Shown here one piece after another: positions 32,857 to 42,761 of a stretch of DNA of 64,000 nt. The stretch lies in assembly GCA_963843575.1 (NCBI GenBank), contig CAWJKZ010000018.1:1-64000 (forward strand). The letters are read 5' to 3'. The translations under genes and the position numbers were made by a program. The notes beneath the pieces are model-generated. The model was not told where the DNA came from, searched no databases, and saw only the letters and a list, made by a program, of their open reading frames with translations. This DNA comes from an uncultured Acidobacteriota bacterium (lineage in GTDB: Bacteria > Acidobacteriota > UBA6911). Position 1 is the first letter of the stretch. Every line of letters starts with the position of its first letter.

Positions 32857-33968
32857 ACATGCGCGTCGTCGGTGCAAATCTCGTCGTGAGCGTCAAGAGT
32901 TTCTACCGCGAGAAGACCGCAATGTTCTTCACGATTGCGTTCCCGATACTCCTGATACTCGTGTTCGGCACCATTTTCATGGACCAGGAGAACGTGAGCT
33001 TCGACCTTCACGTGCAGGACCTCGATCACACCGAATTCTCGGCGCGGCTCATCGAGACCTTAAAGCTCAACGGGAAGTTCAAGATAATCAGAGTCGAACC
33101 CGCCATCAACGCCACGCAGTACGCCAAGGACAACAAGCTGAACCTTGTCCTCATTATTCCCGAAGGCTATGAAAGGTCCTTTGATCAGCGTATCGAAACC
33201 GACGACCCCAACACAACCGTTACCATAACGTACATATACGACCCCAGCTCTAGTTCGGTGCCCGCAAAGATGCAAATCCTGAACTCGGTCTTCGCCCGGT
33301 TAGACCAGCAGGTGTTCGGGAAGCCTCCGTTCATCAGGACGGTCGAGATATCGATACTCAACAAGAAGTACCGGTTCATCGAGTTCTTCATCCCCGGCGT
33401 CATCGCGATGGCGGTGATGACAGCGAGCCTGTTCGGTACGGTGAACTTGAACACGGAGCTGCGGCAGAAGGGCATCATCAGGAAGCTATCCACCACGCCC
33501 ATCACCCGCACCGAGTGGATACTGTCGAACATCCTGTACCAGTTCATACTCGCGGTCGTATCCACGATTGCGATGCTGCTGGCGGGCTATGCGGTGTTTA
33601 ACGTTAGCTTACAAATTAACGCCTGGCTCCCTTTATTCATTGTGCTTGATGTCATCGCGTTCGTCGGAATCGGGATGATACTCACCCGCTTCGTGAAGGA
33701 GGCACAGAGCGCTGCCGCCGCGGCAAACGCCATCATGTTCCCGATGATGTTCCTCTCGGGGAGCTTCTTTCCCATCGAGATGATGCCGGGCTTCCTGCAG
33801 ACGCTTGCCAGGATACTGCCTCTGTACTACGTGAACGAGGGGCTCCGGGCATCCATGGTATTTGTCGACAACATGACCGCGCTGCGATACTCCGCGATAA
33901 TAGGGATTTTTGCGGCCGTGGTCTTCATCCTGGGCATAATGGCCACCAAATGGGAAGAGGGCAAGTGA
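32853..33968 (+). CDS. ABC-2 exporter permease
   Basis: N-terminal TM, extracytoplasmic loop, FFIPG, FLSGSFFP, LPL; ATGA overlap with the ATPase gene. Confidence 0.92.
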   Translation: MNMRVVGANLVVSVKSFYREKTAMFFTIAFPILLILVFGTIFMDQENVSFDLHVQDLDHTEFSARLIETLKLNGKFKIIRVEPAINATQYAKDNKLNLVLIIPEGYERSFDQRIETDDPNTTVTITYIYDPSSSSVPAKMQILNSVFARLDQQVFGKPPFIRTVEISILNKKYRFIEFFIPGVIAMAVMTASLFGTVNLNTELRQKGIIRKLSTTPITRTEWILSNILYQFILAVVSTIAMLLAGYAVFNVSLQINAWLPLFIVLDVIAFVGIGMILTRFVKEAQSAAAAANAIMFPMMFLSGSFFPIEMMPGFLQTLARILPLYYVNEGLRASMVFVDNMTALRYSAIIGIFAAVVFILGIMATKWEEGK

Positions 33969-34007
33969 TAGCAAAATGAGGAGATTCATGACCCCGAACC
34001 GGAGCAC

Positions 34008-35231
34008 TCAAGAAGCGCCCTGGCTTGGCCAGCTTGGCCCAAGGTTGAAGGCCCGTGCTCCGCGAAAACTCGATTGACGCATGGCAAGCACCCGGCCTCT
34101 GCGCCCCACCCGGTAAGTGATTCCCCGCCACTGGATCTCGCGGCGAAGACCGGCCGCCCCAAGAGCTACACTGAAAACCAGCAAAAACACAGCCCCGGCG
34201 GCCAGCCACCGGACCGGCGGGCACGGCAACGGGTGCAAGAGCCGGATCTGTAGGAAGACCACCATCAGCACCGCAAGATAGAGAGCCGACACGATTGCGG
34301 ACAGTGCTGACGTCAGGCTCATCATAATTGCCACTACCAGCAATGCCGCGGAACAAAGAGCGAGGATCTGCAGGAGAAGACTCCACACGCCTAGCACAGC
34401 CCACATCCCCGGAAAAATAAAACGGACATATTGAAGCTGACGCACCAGCCACTCATACAAGTCGCGCAGATCCAATCCTGTCACCAAAGTCTCGCGGCAC
34501 ACCTGGGGCACCGTGCGCACCCTCACGCCATGCGCCCTGAGGACTCTCGCCAGCGATAAGTCGTCCACCACTGAGGTGCGCCACGTGTCTGCTACCTTCA
34601 GTCGCTCAAATGCCTCTCGCGAGATCGCCATGGCCCCCCCCCACGGCAGGCCGAGACCCGGCACGTTCTGGAAGACATACATAATTTCTACGCAGACAGC
34701 GTAGATCCAGCTCACGAATCCGCCATTTGCAGGCCTGGCAGCATGATAGCCGCTCGTCACCTCCGCTTCGCCGCGGGCAATCGGTGCAACCAAGCGCTCC
34801 AACCATCCGGCAGGAAATCCGTGGCCCGCGTCGGCAAAAACGAGTACAGCGTCACGACCTGAAACTGCAGCGATCCCGGCCAGCAGATTGTGGTTTTTCT
34901 GCCCGCACGCAGTCGCTGGACCTGCACAGACACACCTCGCCGATACTTTCCCCTGGATTGCCGCCTGGACCGTCTCGCTCGCCGGATCTTCGAGGTCCCG
35001 CAGCACAAAGACTGCCTCGAAGGAAGGATAGGTCTGGTTCAGTAGCGAGTGGATCGAGGCTTCAATCGGTCTGTTCACACCGGCGACCGGCATGATCACC
35101 GCCACGCGGCAGCTGGGAGCATCCGTGGACGGCACCGGAATGCCCGTGATGGCGTGTCTGGACATCCATATCAGGCCTGCCATTGATACGGCCCACGCCA
35201 GCATCAATCCGCACATGATCCACTCGATCAT
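34008..35231 (-). CDS. GT2/GT21 ceramide-glucosyltransferase (HpnI-like) glycosyltransferase
   Basis: N-terminal TM; CGQKNHNL, FADAG, WGGAMA, VVDDL, WLVRQ; C-terminal TMs and IQWRGITY. Confidence 0.8.
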   Translation of the reverse strand: MIEWIMCGLMLAWAVSMAGLIWMSRHAITGIPVPSTDAPSCRVAVIMPVAGVNRPIEASIHSLLNQTYPSFEAVFVLRDLEDPASETVQAAIQGKVSARCVCAGPATACGQKNHNLLAGIAAVSGRDAVLVFADAGHGFPAGWLERLVAPIARGEAEVTSGYHAARPANGGFVSWIYAVCVEIMYVFQNVPGLGLPWGGAMAISREAFERLKVADTWRTSVVDDLSLARVLRAHGVRVRTVPQVCRETLVTGLDLRDLYEWLVRQLQYVRFIFPGMWAVLGVWSLLLQILALCSAALLVVAIMMSLTSALSAIVSALYLAVLMVVFLQIRLLHPLPCPPVRWLAAGAVFLLVFSVALGAAGLRREIQWRGITYRVGRRGRVLAMRQSSFRGARAFNLGPSWPSQGAS

Positions 35232-35244
35232 CCCAGCCCCCGGC

Positions 35245-36456
35245 TCAATATCCCATCAGCCCACAACAGCGGGAACAGACCGGCATCAGTCCTTCCGTCG
35301 CGAGACTGCGTCGGAAGGCAACGCAGCGTTCGGAGTTCCACAGTTCCGACAGCGTGGCGGTCTTGACGTTGCCAACAACATAGTCGTGGTAGTCGCGGCA
35401 GGGTGATACATCGCCGTTGCTGTTGATCTCGACAACCTGGAAAATGGAAACACACTGGTCATATCCGAACCGCTCCCGATGGTTGGTGTAGTACGCCGTC
35501 AGTGCCCGCTCCCCGCGCAGGAACGGGATGAAGGTGACCGGAACAGCGCCCGGCTGGCGCGATCTCGCCAGCAAGGCCTCGATCTGGCTGGCGAGGGCGG
35601 CATGATTGTCGGCTTTCCACTGCCCAATCCAGCCGCGGTGGAGTGAGGGCGTGAACCCAAACCGCCGTGAGAAATCCTGATCATGGGCTGCCGCATCCGC
35701 CTCGTCGATCCACCAGGAAAGGTAGAAGACGAAAATATCCACGCGATCCCGAAATCCGTCGTAGATGTCGACGAGATGGGCGCAGTTCTCACGCGAGATC
35801 GTCGTCAGCGAAGCAATCAGCGGCAGGCCGGTTCGGCGCGCCCTCACCCTGTGCACTGCTGCCAGACCTGATTCGATCGCCCGGAAGTTGTCTCCCCGAC
35901 CGGCGGAAGGACGAAGGCGGTTGTGCAGATCGCCGGTGTGCCCATCAATGGAGATTTGCAGAAGGAACAGCGGGGCACGGACCAACAGTTCCGCAGCCGC
36001 CTCGATGCCTGTGCCGTTGGTGGCGATGGCCACCGGGAGATGCAGGCGCGACCCAGCTTCCACGAGGTCCAGGATCCCGCGGTAGAGCATCGGCTCGCCG
36101 CCCCAAAAGTACAGAATCGGCCGATGCCCGTGCTCTACCAGATTCTCAAATAGCTGTTGGTACCGCTCAGGAGACACCTCATCCTGTTTCAAAGCCTTGG
36201 GATCGCACTGGTGAAGGAACCCGCGCTCGCCCCACTGACCGCAGGTGCGGCACCGCAGGTTGCAGAGATCGGTAATGCGGATGCCCACCTGCCGGATGCG
36301 CCTGGCATGGCCCCTTGCGGAGCAGGGATACAGGGTGTCGAAAAACCACTTCTCTCCCTGCAAGACCGACATCTTGGCTAAAATCCGCGGATGTGCGGCC
36401 ACTCGCAGGAGGTTGGCCGTCAATACTCGTGAGCTAATCGCACTGCGCTGCACCAA
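35245..36456 (-). CDS. Radical SAM/SPASM protein
   Basis: CNLRCRTC, WGGEP, TNG, ISIDG; C-terminal C...GDVSPC...GN...CSRCC SPASM motif. Confidence 0.9.
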   Translation of the reverse strand: MVQRSAISSRVLTANLLRVAAHPRILAKMSVLQGEKWFFDTLYPCSARGHARRIRQVGIRITDLCNLRCRTCGQWGERGFLHQCDPKALKQDEVSPERYQQLFENLVEHGHRPILYFWGGEPMLYRGILDLVEAGSRLHLPVAIATNGTGIEAAAELLVRAPLFLLQISIDGHTGDLHNRLRPSAGRGDNFRAIESGLAAVHRVRARRTGLPLIASLTTISRENCAHLVDIYDGFRDRVDIFVFYLSWWIDEADAAAHDQDFSRRFGFTPSLHRGWIGQWKADNHAALASQIEALLARSRQPGAVPVTFIPFLRGERALTAYYTNHRERFGYDQCVSIFQVVEINSNGDVSPCRDYHDYVVGNVKTATLSELWNSERCVAFRRSLATEGLMPVCSRCCGLMGY

Positions 36457-36605
36457 CCCACCTCCGCAGGAATCTGTTCCGTGGCCTACGCTATCCGACC
36501 GAATCAGCCCGATTTTGTGTCCCCCCTCCCCATCTATGCTGCAAAAACCAGCCTATTCCGTACAAGCGACTTCATAACCGATTGCGACTGCGATGCCGAT
36601 TCCGA

Positions 36606-37877
36606 CTACGGCTTCCCCGAAGTCGCAGGCGGATGCTCTTCGGGTTTTGAGGCGTTTGCATCTCCGTTTTTAGGAACGGCCCGCACCCAATCGCCGAAGT
36701 TTATCAGCTCTTCCATCCGGCATGACCAGACGAGTCTGTCCTCCCACACGGTGATGTCCGGGCACCCGTCACACATGCTGAGAGCGCCGCTCTCGGTGAA
36801 GTCCGCCGGTTGGATGATCATGATCGATTGCATGTGGAGTTTCCTGAACAGCAATGCCGGTGAACGGGCGGCATCGTGCAGATAGGCAAGAGCGGTGCGG
36901 CTCAAGCCTTTGTCGAACGGGGCAAGCAACAGCATCGCCTTGCCCCTGCCGTGCACCTTCGGCTTCGTGTAGGCCAGATATGACCCGTTCAGCAGGTGAT
37001 GAAGCGTTTGGGAAAGCTCCATGAATTTCGGGCCCGTGTAGCCGAAGATCTTGTCCTTCGTCCCGATGCGCATGGTCAGCAGCCACTTGAAATGGTCCGG
37101 ACGCTCCGTGCCGTTGAGATACGCCGAAGGCTGGAAGTCCGGATAGCGCGAACGTATGGCCTCGACGACGTCCGTCGACATGGCGTAGATCTGCCGCTCT
37201 TCGTCGACGACGTAGGCGATTGGCGCCATGTCGATTGTTTTGCTTCCGACAAGGTAATCATAGCCTTTGCGCATGGAACCCGAGCGGTAAGCAATAAACA
37301 CGAGGACTTGGACGATATCGATGTGGTTCTGCCCCCAGGCCACGATCTCAGGGACATCCTTGAGTGTGTCCTCGTAGACGGTGGCATTGAAAGCACAGGA
37401 TATGTCGCCAACCTCGGCCAGCATGAGAGCATATTGCAGCCGCAGTTCATTTAACTCGATTTCGGTCTTCCCCTTCATGTGGGGGCGCTGCTGTTTGCTG
37501 TCGATGTGGAATGTAAATCCTGCAACGCCAGCCTTCTTAAGAGCGACGAGTTTCTCTTTTGACAGCCAAAGGCCGTTGGTGTTGATGATCGGTTTTTGGC
37601 CGTCGGCGGCGATCATCTCCACGATCTTCTCGATCTGAGGGTGCATCAGCGGGTCTCCCCCGGCAATAGAGACGCTATCCGCGTTGCGCAGGCGATTGAA
37701 TATGTCGAGTTCTTTCCGAACCTGTTCGAGCGACTTGTGCGCGTCCGGGTTGTTCTTGCGATAGCACCCCTGGCAGTAAAGGTTGCAGGCACTGGTCGGC
37801 TCTAACCAGCTGATGGCATTGTCAGGGAGGTTCCAGGGTAGGCGGTAGAGCCTGCGATGGTTCAATGGCGCTGGCAT
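36606..37877 (-). CDS. Radical SAM protein with C-terminal CxxC...C motif
   Basis: CNLYCQGC, AGGDPL, NTNG; C-terminal MCDGCPD...WSCR. Confidence 0.88.
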   Translation of the reverse strand: MPAPLNHRRLYRLPWNLPDNAISWLEPTSACNLYCQGCYRKNNPDAHKSLEQVRKELDIFNRLRNADSVSIAGGDPLMHPQIEKIVEMIAADGQKPIINTNGLWLSKEKLVALKKAGVAGFTFHIDSKQQRPHMKGKTEIELNELRLQYALMLAEVGDISCAFNATVYEDTLKDVPEIVAWGQNHIDIVQVLVFIAYRSGSMRKGYDYLVGSKTIDMAPIAYVVDEERQIYAMSTDVVEAIRSRYPDFQPSAYLNGTERPDHFKWLLTMRIGTKDKIFGYTGPKFMELSQTLHHLLNGSYLAYTKPKVHGRGKAMLLLAPFDKGLSRTALAYLHDAARSPALLFRKLHMQSIMIIQPADFTESGALSMCDGCPDITVWEDRLVWSCRMEELINFGDWVRAVPKNGDANASKPEEHPPATSGKP

Positions 37878-38375
37878 GAGATCATCCTTTCCGATCGTAC
37901 GAGCCCCAAAACCGGAAAACTTGCCGACGATAATACAACATCACGGACGGACTTCTTGAGTGCTATTGGCTCTTTCACAGAATGGCCGAGTGAAGTCGTT
38001 TTTGCGCTCAGGCCTGCTTCCTCGCAGGACGAGACGCCGCACATAACAGCTACTGCGATTGTGCGACTGGATCTTTGCGCAGGCGGCGGCGTAACAAGGC
38101 TGCAACCTGGGCTGGCGTTGACGCCGGAAAATCGGCCCGTCGGGCTCAACCGGGTTCTTCTCATTTCGCAGCAAGTGCGGGGGCGTGGGTCCGGATATCC
38201 GGGAGCGGCAGGCGGCGGGGGACGGGGTTATCCGGCAGGAAGGAGGGACAAGCATTCACGGCCCGGTTGAATCCGCCATTCCGGCGAAGCCGATCAACAA
38301 CCGCCAGGCCCGAGGGGGGGGCAGGGGACTTCCGGGTTTAAGGGCACCCTGCGCCATCGCATTGTCGCAAAGCCC

Positions 38376-38530
38376 GATCAGCCGGCACACCAGGTGCTGT
38401 CCGATAAAGCCGATGGCCTGGATGACCAGCACGGATTCTGCATCTCTGGTTTTCATCGCTTAGATTGGGATTGCAGTCTCACGCGAACAAGCGATAATCA
38501 AGGATAGTTCCTCCGCCATCATCGTGAGAT
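38376..38530 (-). pseudogene. Diverged partial duplicate of the epimerase N-terminus and its divergent promoter
   Basis: MKTRDAESVLVIQAIGFIGQHLVCRLI versus MKTREAESVLVTGASGFIGQHLVRRLI (43795). 38465-38530 resembles 43960-44027. Confidence 0.8.
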
Positions 38531-38945
38531 GAAAGCCGTGGCGCGAGCGAGAGACTCGCTTTGCCTGCTCAGAACAGAGCGACTGCCCGTGCGACCGGTC
38601 GGACGATGGCGAACGCGGGCCTTCGTCTTTGGGCCCAGGACGCGAGATGCTTTTATGCCCGGACTAAGGGCTCGCGCAAGAATAGTTTGGCATTTTGCTC
38701 CGGCTCCCATGCCCGAATGTAGCACTATCAGAAAACTGCAATTGTCCGCTGGGCCTGGGAGCCATCGCCCTGCGGGGCGCGGCGGCGGGCGGGCATCTGC
38801 GGCCTTGCCGCTCCTCGACGATGTCCCCACACCGCCTGCGTCGCGGCGCCTTGCACCTGCCCGCCCGGCGCTCGCGCCAAAATGCCAACCTATTCCTGCG
38901 CGAACCCTAAGGGTTTCCGCCGGGCCGGAGCCCGGGACAAGGGGC

Positions 38946-39950
38946 ATGCCGCAACCGATCGCAGGGCGTTACCGGGCCGTGTTCATTTCCCCGCATCTCG
39001 ACGATGCGATCTTCTCCTGCGGCGGAACCATCGCGCGGCTGATCAAGGACGGGCCGGTGCTGGTCGTGAATGTCTTCTCTCGATGTACGGAAGACGCCAG
39101 AAGGTACGCATTGGTTCTTGGCGAGGAGCGGCGCCGCGAGGAGAAGGCTGCGGCAAGCTTCCTGGGCTACGACGCAATCTGCCTGGAGGAAACCGACGCC
39201 TTCCTGCGCCAGGGCTCGAATCGCTCGATCGGTAGACTGTTCAGCTCCCCGACTGCGGCAGACCTCGCGGACCTGCCCCGGATCACCGGGAGGTTGGCGG
39301 AGTGCTTGGCGGCCGTTGACAGCGACAACCTGTATATCCCCCTTGGCGTGGGTTGGCACGTGGATCACGTCCTCTGCCACCAGGCGGCGCTGAACCTGGC
39401 ATCCGGGTTCAGCGGCCGGGTCTTCTACTACGAAGATTCGCCGTATTGCTTCATTCCCAACGCGGTGCGTTGTCGGCTCGACGAGATCGGCCATTGGGCG
39501 GAGGCGCCCCTCAGGGGGTCGCTAACCCGCGAGTGGTGGAAGTCCTGCAGCCACTACCTCCGGAGCGCAGTCATGCGCCACGTCCAGCCTCGGCCTGTTC
39601 GCTGGGCGGCCAGCGTGGTCGTAGCCGCCTATCTGCTGGGCCTAATGCGGCGGCATCGTGCGGCTGGAGATGCCCGGAGCCCGGCAAGGTGTCCGCGTCT
39701 TAGCCCGCAATTGGAGGACATCTCCGCGCAGGAAGAGCTTAAGCTCGACGCCATGATGTGTTATGAGTCGCAGTTCCGAGCCCTGTTTCATGGGCGGCCC
39801 GATTGCGAGGAACTCCACAGGAACTATTCGCGAACGATGAACGATCGCGACGCCGTCTTCGAGAGATTCTGGACCTTGAGCTGGGAGCCGGCATCGCCGT
39901 GCAGGCAGCGCGGTCCGAGCAGGCATCAAGGGGTGGAGGCCGTGGTATGA
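38946..39950 (+). CDS. PIG-L/LmbE-family N-deacetylase
   Basis: ISPHLDD, GGT, RRREE, HVDH, YEDSPY, K...YESQ, ERFW. Confidence 0.88.
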   Translation: MPQPIAGRYRAVFISPHLDDAIFSCGGTIARLIKDGPVLVVNVFSRCTEDARRYALVLGEERRREEKAAASFLGYDAICLEETDAFLRQGSNRSIGRLFSSPTAADLADLPRITGRLAECLAAVDSDNLYIPLGVGWHVDHVLCHQAALNLASGFSGRVFYYEDSPYCFIPNAVRCRLDEIGHWAEAPLRGSLTREWWKSCSHYLRSAVMRHVQPRPVRWAASVVVAAYLLGLMRRHRAAGDARSPARCPRLSPQLEDISAQEELKLDAMMCYESQFRALFHGRPDCEELHRNYSRTMNDRDAVFERFWTLSWEPASPCRQRGPSRHQGVEAVV

Positions 39951-41191
39951 GTGGTAATCCGGAGTTGCCGGGCCGCGGCAACGGGACGGCCACGAGGATA
40001 GCGGAACTGGCCCCTCTGCCCGTTCGCAATGGGAGCTTGTCGGAAGACCGCAATCGGGAAACTCCGCAGCGCTGCCTGAACATCTGCATGGTATCGGACG
40101 ATTTCCTGCCGGCCGCGACGGGCTGTGGCGTGGTGGTCCAGTGGGCAGCCAGGGAACTGGTCAAGAGGGGCCACAGCGTCAGCGTGGTCACCAGCCGCCG
40201 AAGGGGCCAACCCGGTCTGGAAACGTGGCACGGGATCCGCGTCCACCGGACCTTCTCGATCAGGTTGTACGGCTACTACCAGGCCCTGCCCAGCCAGTCC
40301 GCCCTCCGGCGGATCCTGAACGAGAACGACTTTGACATCATCCATTACCACTATCTCTTCGTCCTGCTGATGCGCATGCGCGCCGCCGCCGCCTCGATGC
40401 GGGCCAGGCATGTCTACACCTACCACATGACCGTAGATCTGTTGACGCAGCCGTGGCTGATGAAGCCCTTCCGTCGGGTCATCTTCAGGCGGCACGTGGA
40501 ATACTGCAACCGGTTCGATTTGATCCTGGCGCCGTCTGCACACCTGGTGGAACAGATACGGGAGTACGGGATCACGGCCCGGACCGAGTACCTCAGCAAT
40601 CCCATCGTGTTCGACAGCCGGGCGGAACAGCAGCGGTCGCCCGAGGATGGTCCCTTCGTGGTGCTCTTCGTCGGACGTCTTTCGCCGGAGAAGAACCTGC
40701 CTTATCTCATCAGGGCTTTCGCGGGGTTGGTGCGGCAACAGCCTTGCTCGGAGCTGAGGATCGTCGGCGAGGGTAGAGAGAAGCCCAGGCTTATGAGGTT
40801 GGCCTCCAAGCTTGGCCTGGAGAGGCAGGTGAAGTTCCTGGGTTTTGTCGAGAACTCCTTGCTGGTGCCGCACTACGCTGCCGCAGACGCTTTTGTCCTG
40901 CCATCGCTTTCGGAGACGCAGGGTCTGGTTGCGCTGGAAGCCATGTGGTTCGCGAAGCCGGTGATCGTCACCAATCGCATCGTGGCTGCCCGCGAGCTGG
41001 TGGAGGATGGGCGGAACGGGTTCATAGTTGACTCGGACTCCGTGGAGGACCTCACCGGGAAGCTGGCCCTGCTCAGCCGCAATCCCGGACTCGCCCGAGA
41101 GCTGGGTCAGGGGGGCCAGAGGCTTGCGGGGCGCTATTCACCGGAACAGATAATCAGCCGGCTGGAGCGGCACTACCTGGATCTGATGTGA
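39947..41191 (+). CDS. GT4 glycosyltransferase
   Basis: SDDFLP, YTYH, FVGRLSPEKN, VGEG, PSLSETQGLVALEAM (EX7E). Confidence 0.92.
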   Translation: MSGNPELPGRGNGTATRIAELAPLPVRNGSLSEDRNRETPQRCLNICMVSDDFLPAATGCGVVVQWAARELVKRGHSVSVVTSRRRGQPGLETWHGIRVHRTFSIRLYGYYQALPSQSALRRILNENDFDIIHYHYLFVLLMRMRAAAASMRARHVYTYHMTVDLLTQPWLMKPFRRVIFRRHVEYCNRFDLILAPSAHLVEQIREYGITARTEYLSNPIVFDSRAEQQRSPEDGPFVVLFVGRLSPEKNLPYLIRAFAGLVRQQPCSELRIVGEGREKPRLMRLASKLGLERQVKFLGFVENSLLVPHYAAADAFVLPSLSETQGLVALEAMWFAKPVIVTNRIVAARELVEDGRNGFIVDSDSVEDLTGKLALLSRNPGLARELGQGGQRLAGRYSPEQIISRLERHYLDLM

Positions 41192-41434
41192 GATGGGAGT
41201 CTACGCGAAAAACTCCATATCCTTTTAGATCCAGGGAATTAGCAAGGTTGTGAAGCTGGCCCTCTGCCTGTTATCTTTGAGCATGAAAACGATCCGGATT
41301 CTCAGCCTACAACTCCTCGAGTTTCTCCAATTCAGACGCTAGAGGTCATTCATTTACTCTGATCTTGCTCTCGGCGTTCTTCCGCAACCGCAGAACATTC
41401 TGCAGCTCATTCGGACTATCCGCCGAGTTTCACG

Positions 41435-42493
41435 TTATTTCGCTGCTCCGGCGCGTTTCCGGTATTCGTCCCGATACTTCAGTGCCTCGTCGAAAGCCCC
41501 GGCCGGCACGATCCGGCCGCGTATCCTCGGATATGCGCTCTCTGCGAGCTTGACCCAGGCGTCACGGGCTCTGGCATCAACCGGCACGACGTTCAAGCCC
41601 CGGTCTTTCATCACCTTCACAGCGGTCTCGCCTTCCTTGCGGATCTCGTCCTGCAGCTTCTTGCCCGCCTCCTGCATGACCTGCATCAACGGGGCGTGCA
41701 GGTCGGTCGGAATCCTGTCCCAGACCCGCTTGTCAATGACGGCGGCTCCCAGCAGGAGCTCCCAGTTCAGATCGGTCATATATTTTGCGTAGTGGAAGTA
41801 CTGGGTAATGATCGCCAGTGGGGGAGAGATCGTCACCGCATTGATGAGTCCCGTCTGCAACGCGGTGACGATCTCCGTCGCCGGCTGCGGCACCAGGTTG
41901 AAGCCCAGGGACTTCATGATATCGATCATATCGGTGTCATTGTCCCATGCGCAGAGCTTGAGCTTTTTGAGGTCGTCGGGTGTGGCGACCGGCCTCTGGC
42001 TGAAGAAGTGAACCCAGCCCCCATCGGCCCAATTCAGCACCACGAAGCCCTGCTTCGCGATGTTGGCCTCCAGCGTAGGGCGCATCTTCTCAAAGACGGC
42101 GTACACCTCTTCATAGGAGCCGTACATCATCGGGACGCCCAGGGCGTAGACCGACTTGTCGATCTCGGCCACGCCTGCGACGGTGAGCACGCCGGCGTGC
42201 AGCGTGCCGAGCCTCATCTTGCGGACAATATCCGGATCGTCACCAACGACTCCGCCTGGGTAAATACTGAGGATCACTTTGCCATTGGAAACTTTCTTCC
42301 ACTTGTCAGCCGCCTCTTTGAAGATCTTGTACCACGAGGATCCTCGAGGGACAAGCGTGGCCATCCTGACCTTGATTTGGGCATGCGCCTGCGCGGCAAA
42401 AAGCATAGTCGCCGCCAGTACAATGGCCGCAGTGACAGCAGTCGCCCCCAGTTTTTCAAGCAGGCCCGAGATAAGCGTATCGTTCGATTTCAT
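41435..42493 (-). CDS. dctP: TRAP substrate-binding protein DctP (TatP-T-like)
   Basis: Signal peptide; IKVRMATLVPRGSSW, YPGGVVGD, KMRLGTL, ALQTGLI. Confidence 0.85.
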   Translation of the reverse strand: MKSNDTLISGLLEKLGATAVTAAIVLAATMLFAAQAHAQIKVRMATLVPRGSSWYKIFKEAADKWKKVSNGKVILSIYPGGVVGDDPDIVRKMRLGTLHAGVLTVAGVAEIDKSVYALGVPMMYGSYEEVYAVFEKMRPTLEANIAKQGFVVLNWADGGWVHFFSQRPVATPDDLKKLKLCAWDNDTDMIDIMKSLGFNLVPQPATEIVTALQTGLINAVTISPPLAIITQYFHYAKYMTDLNWELLLGAAVIDKRVWDRIPTDLHAPLMQVMQEAGKKLQDEIRKEGETAVKVMKDRGLNVVPVDARARDAWVKLAESAYPRIRGRIVPAGAFDEALKYRDEYRKRAGAAK

Positions 42494-42761
42494 GATGTCC
42501 GCCCCCCTTTAATCTTGTGGCGCTCATGTTGCACAAACAGTTCAGCGATACAGCCGAGCAGCCATCGGGCCCGCCGTTGCGCGACGAGATTCTCCACACG
42601 CGTTTCCCGCGCCCTGTTTGCAGCTGCCGGTGCCGTGCTGTGCGCGGCCTGGAAGCGCCGGGCTTTTTCCGCGAGTCTTCCCCTCAGGGGAAGACTCCAA
42701 TCCTGACCGACACGGGCGACCGGGCCGTCGGCCAGGCGCAGGATCCAAATGCTGTGCAGGC

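Noticed and set aside
36579-36607. GATTGC/GACTGC/GATGCC/GATTCC hexamer run
   Set aside because: Too short and degenerate to assign a function.
41195-41434. IS-end-like, AT-richer spacer (GGGAGTCTACGCGAAAAACTCC)
   Set aside because: No transposase or partner inverted repeat recognisable.
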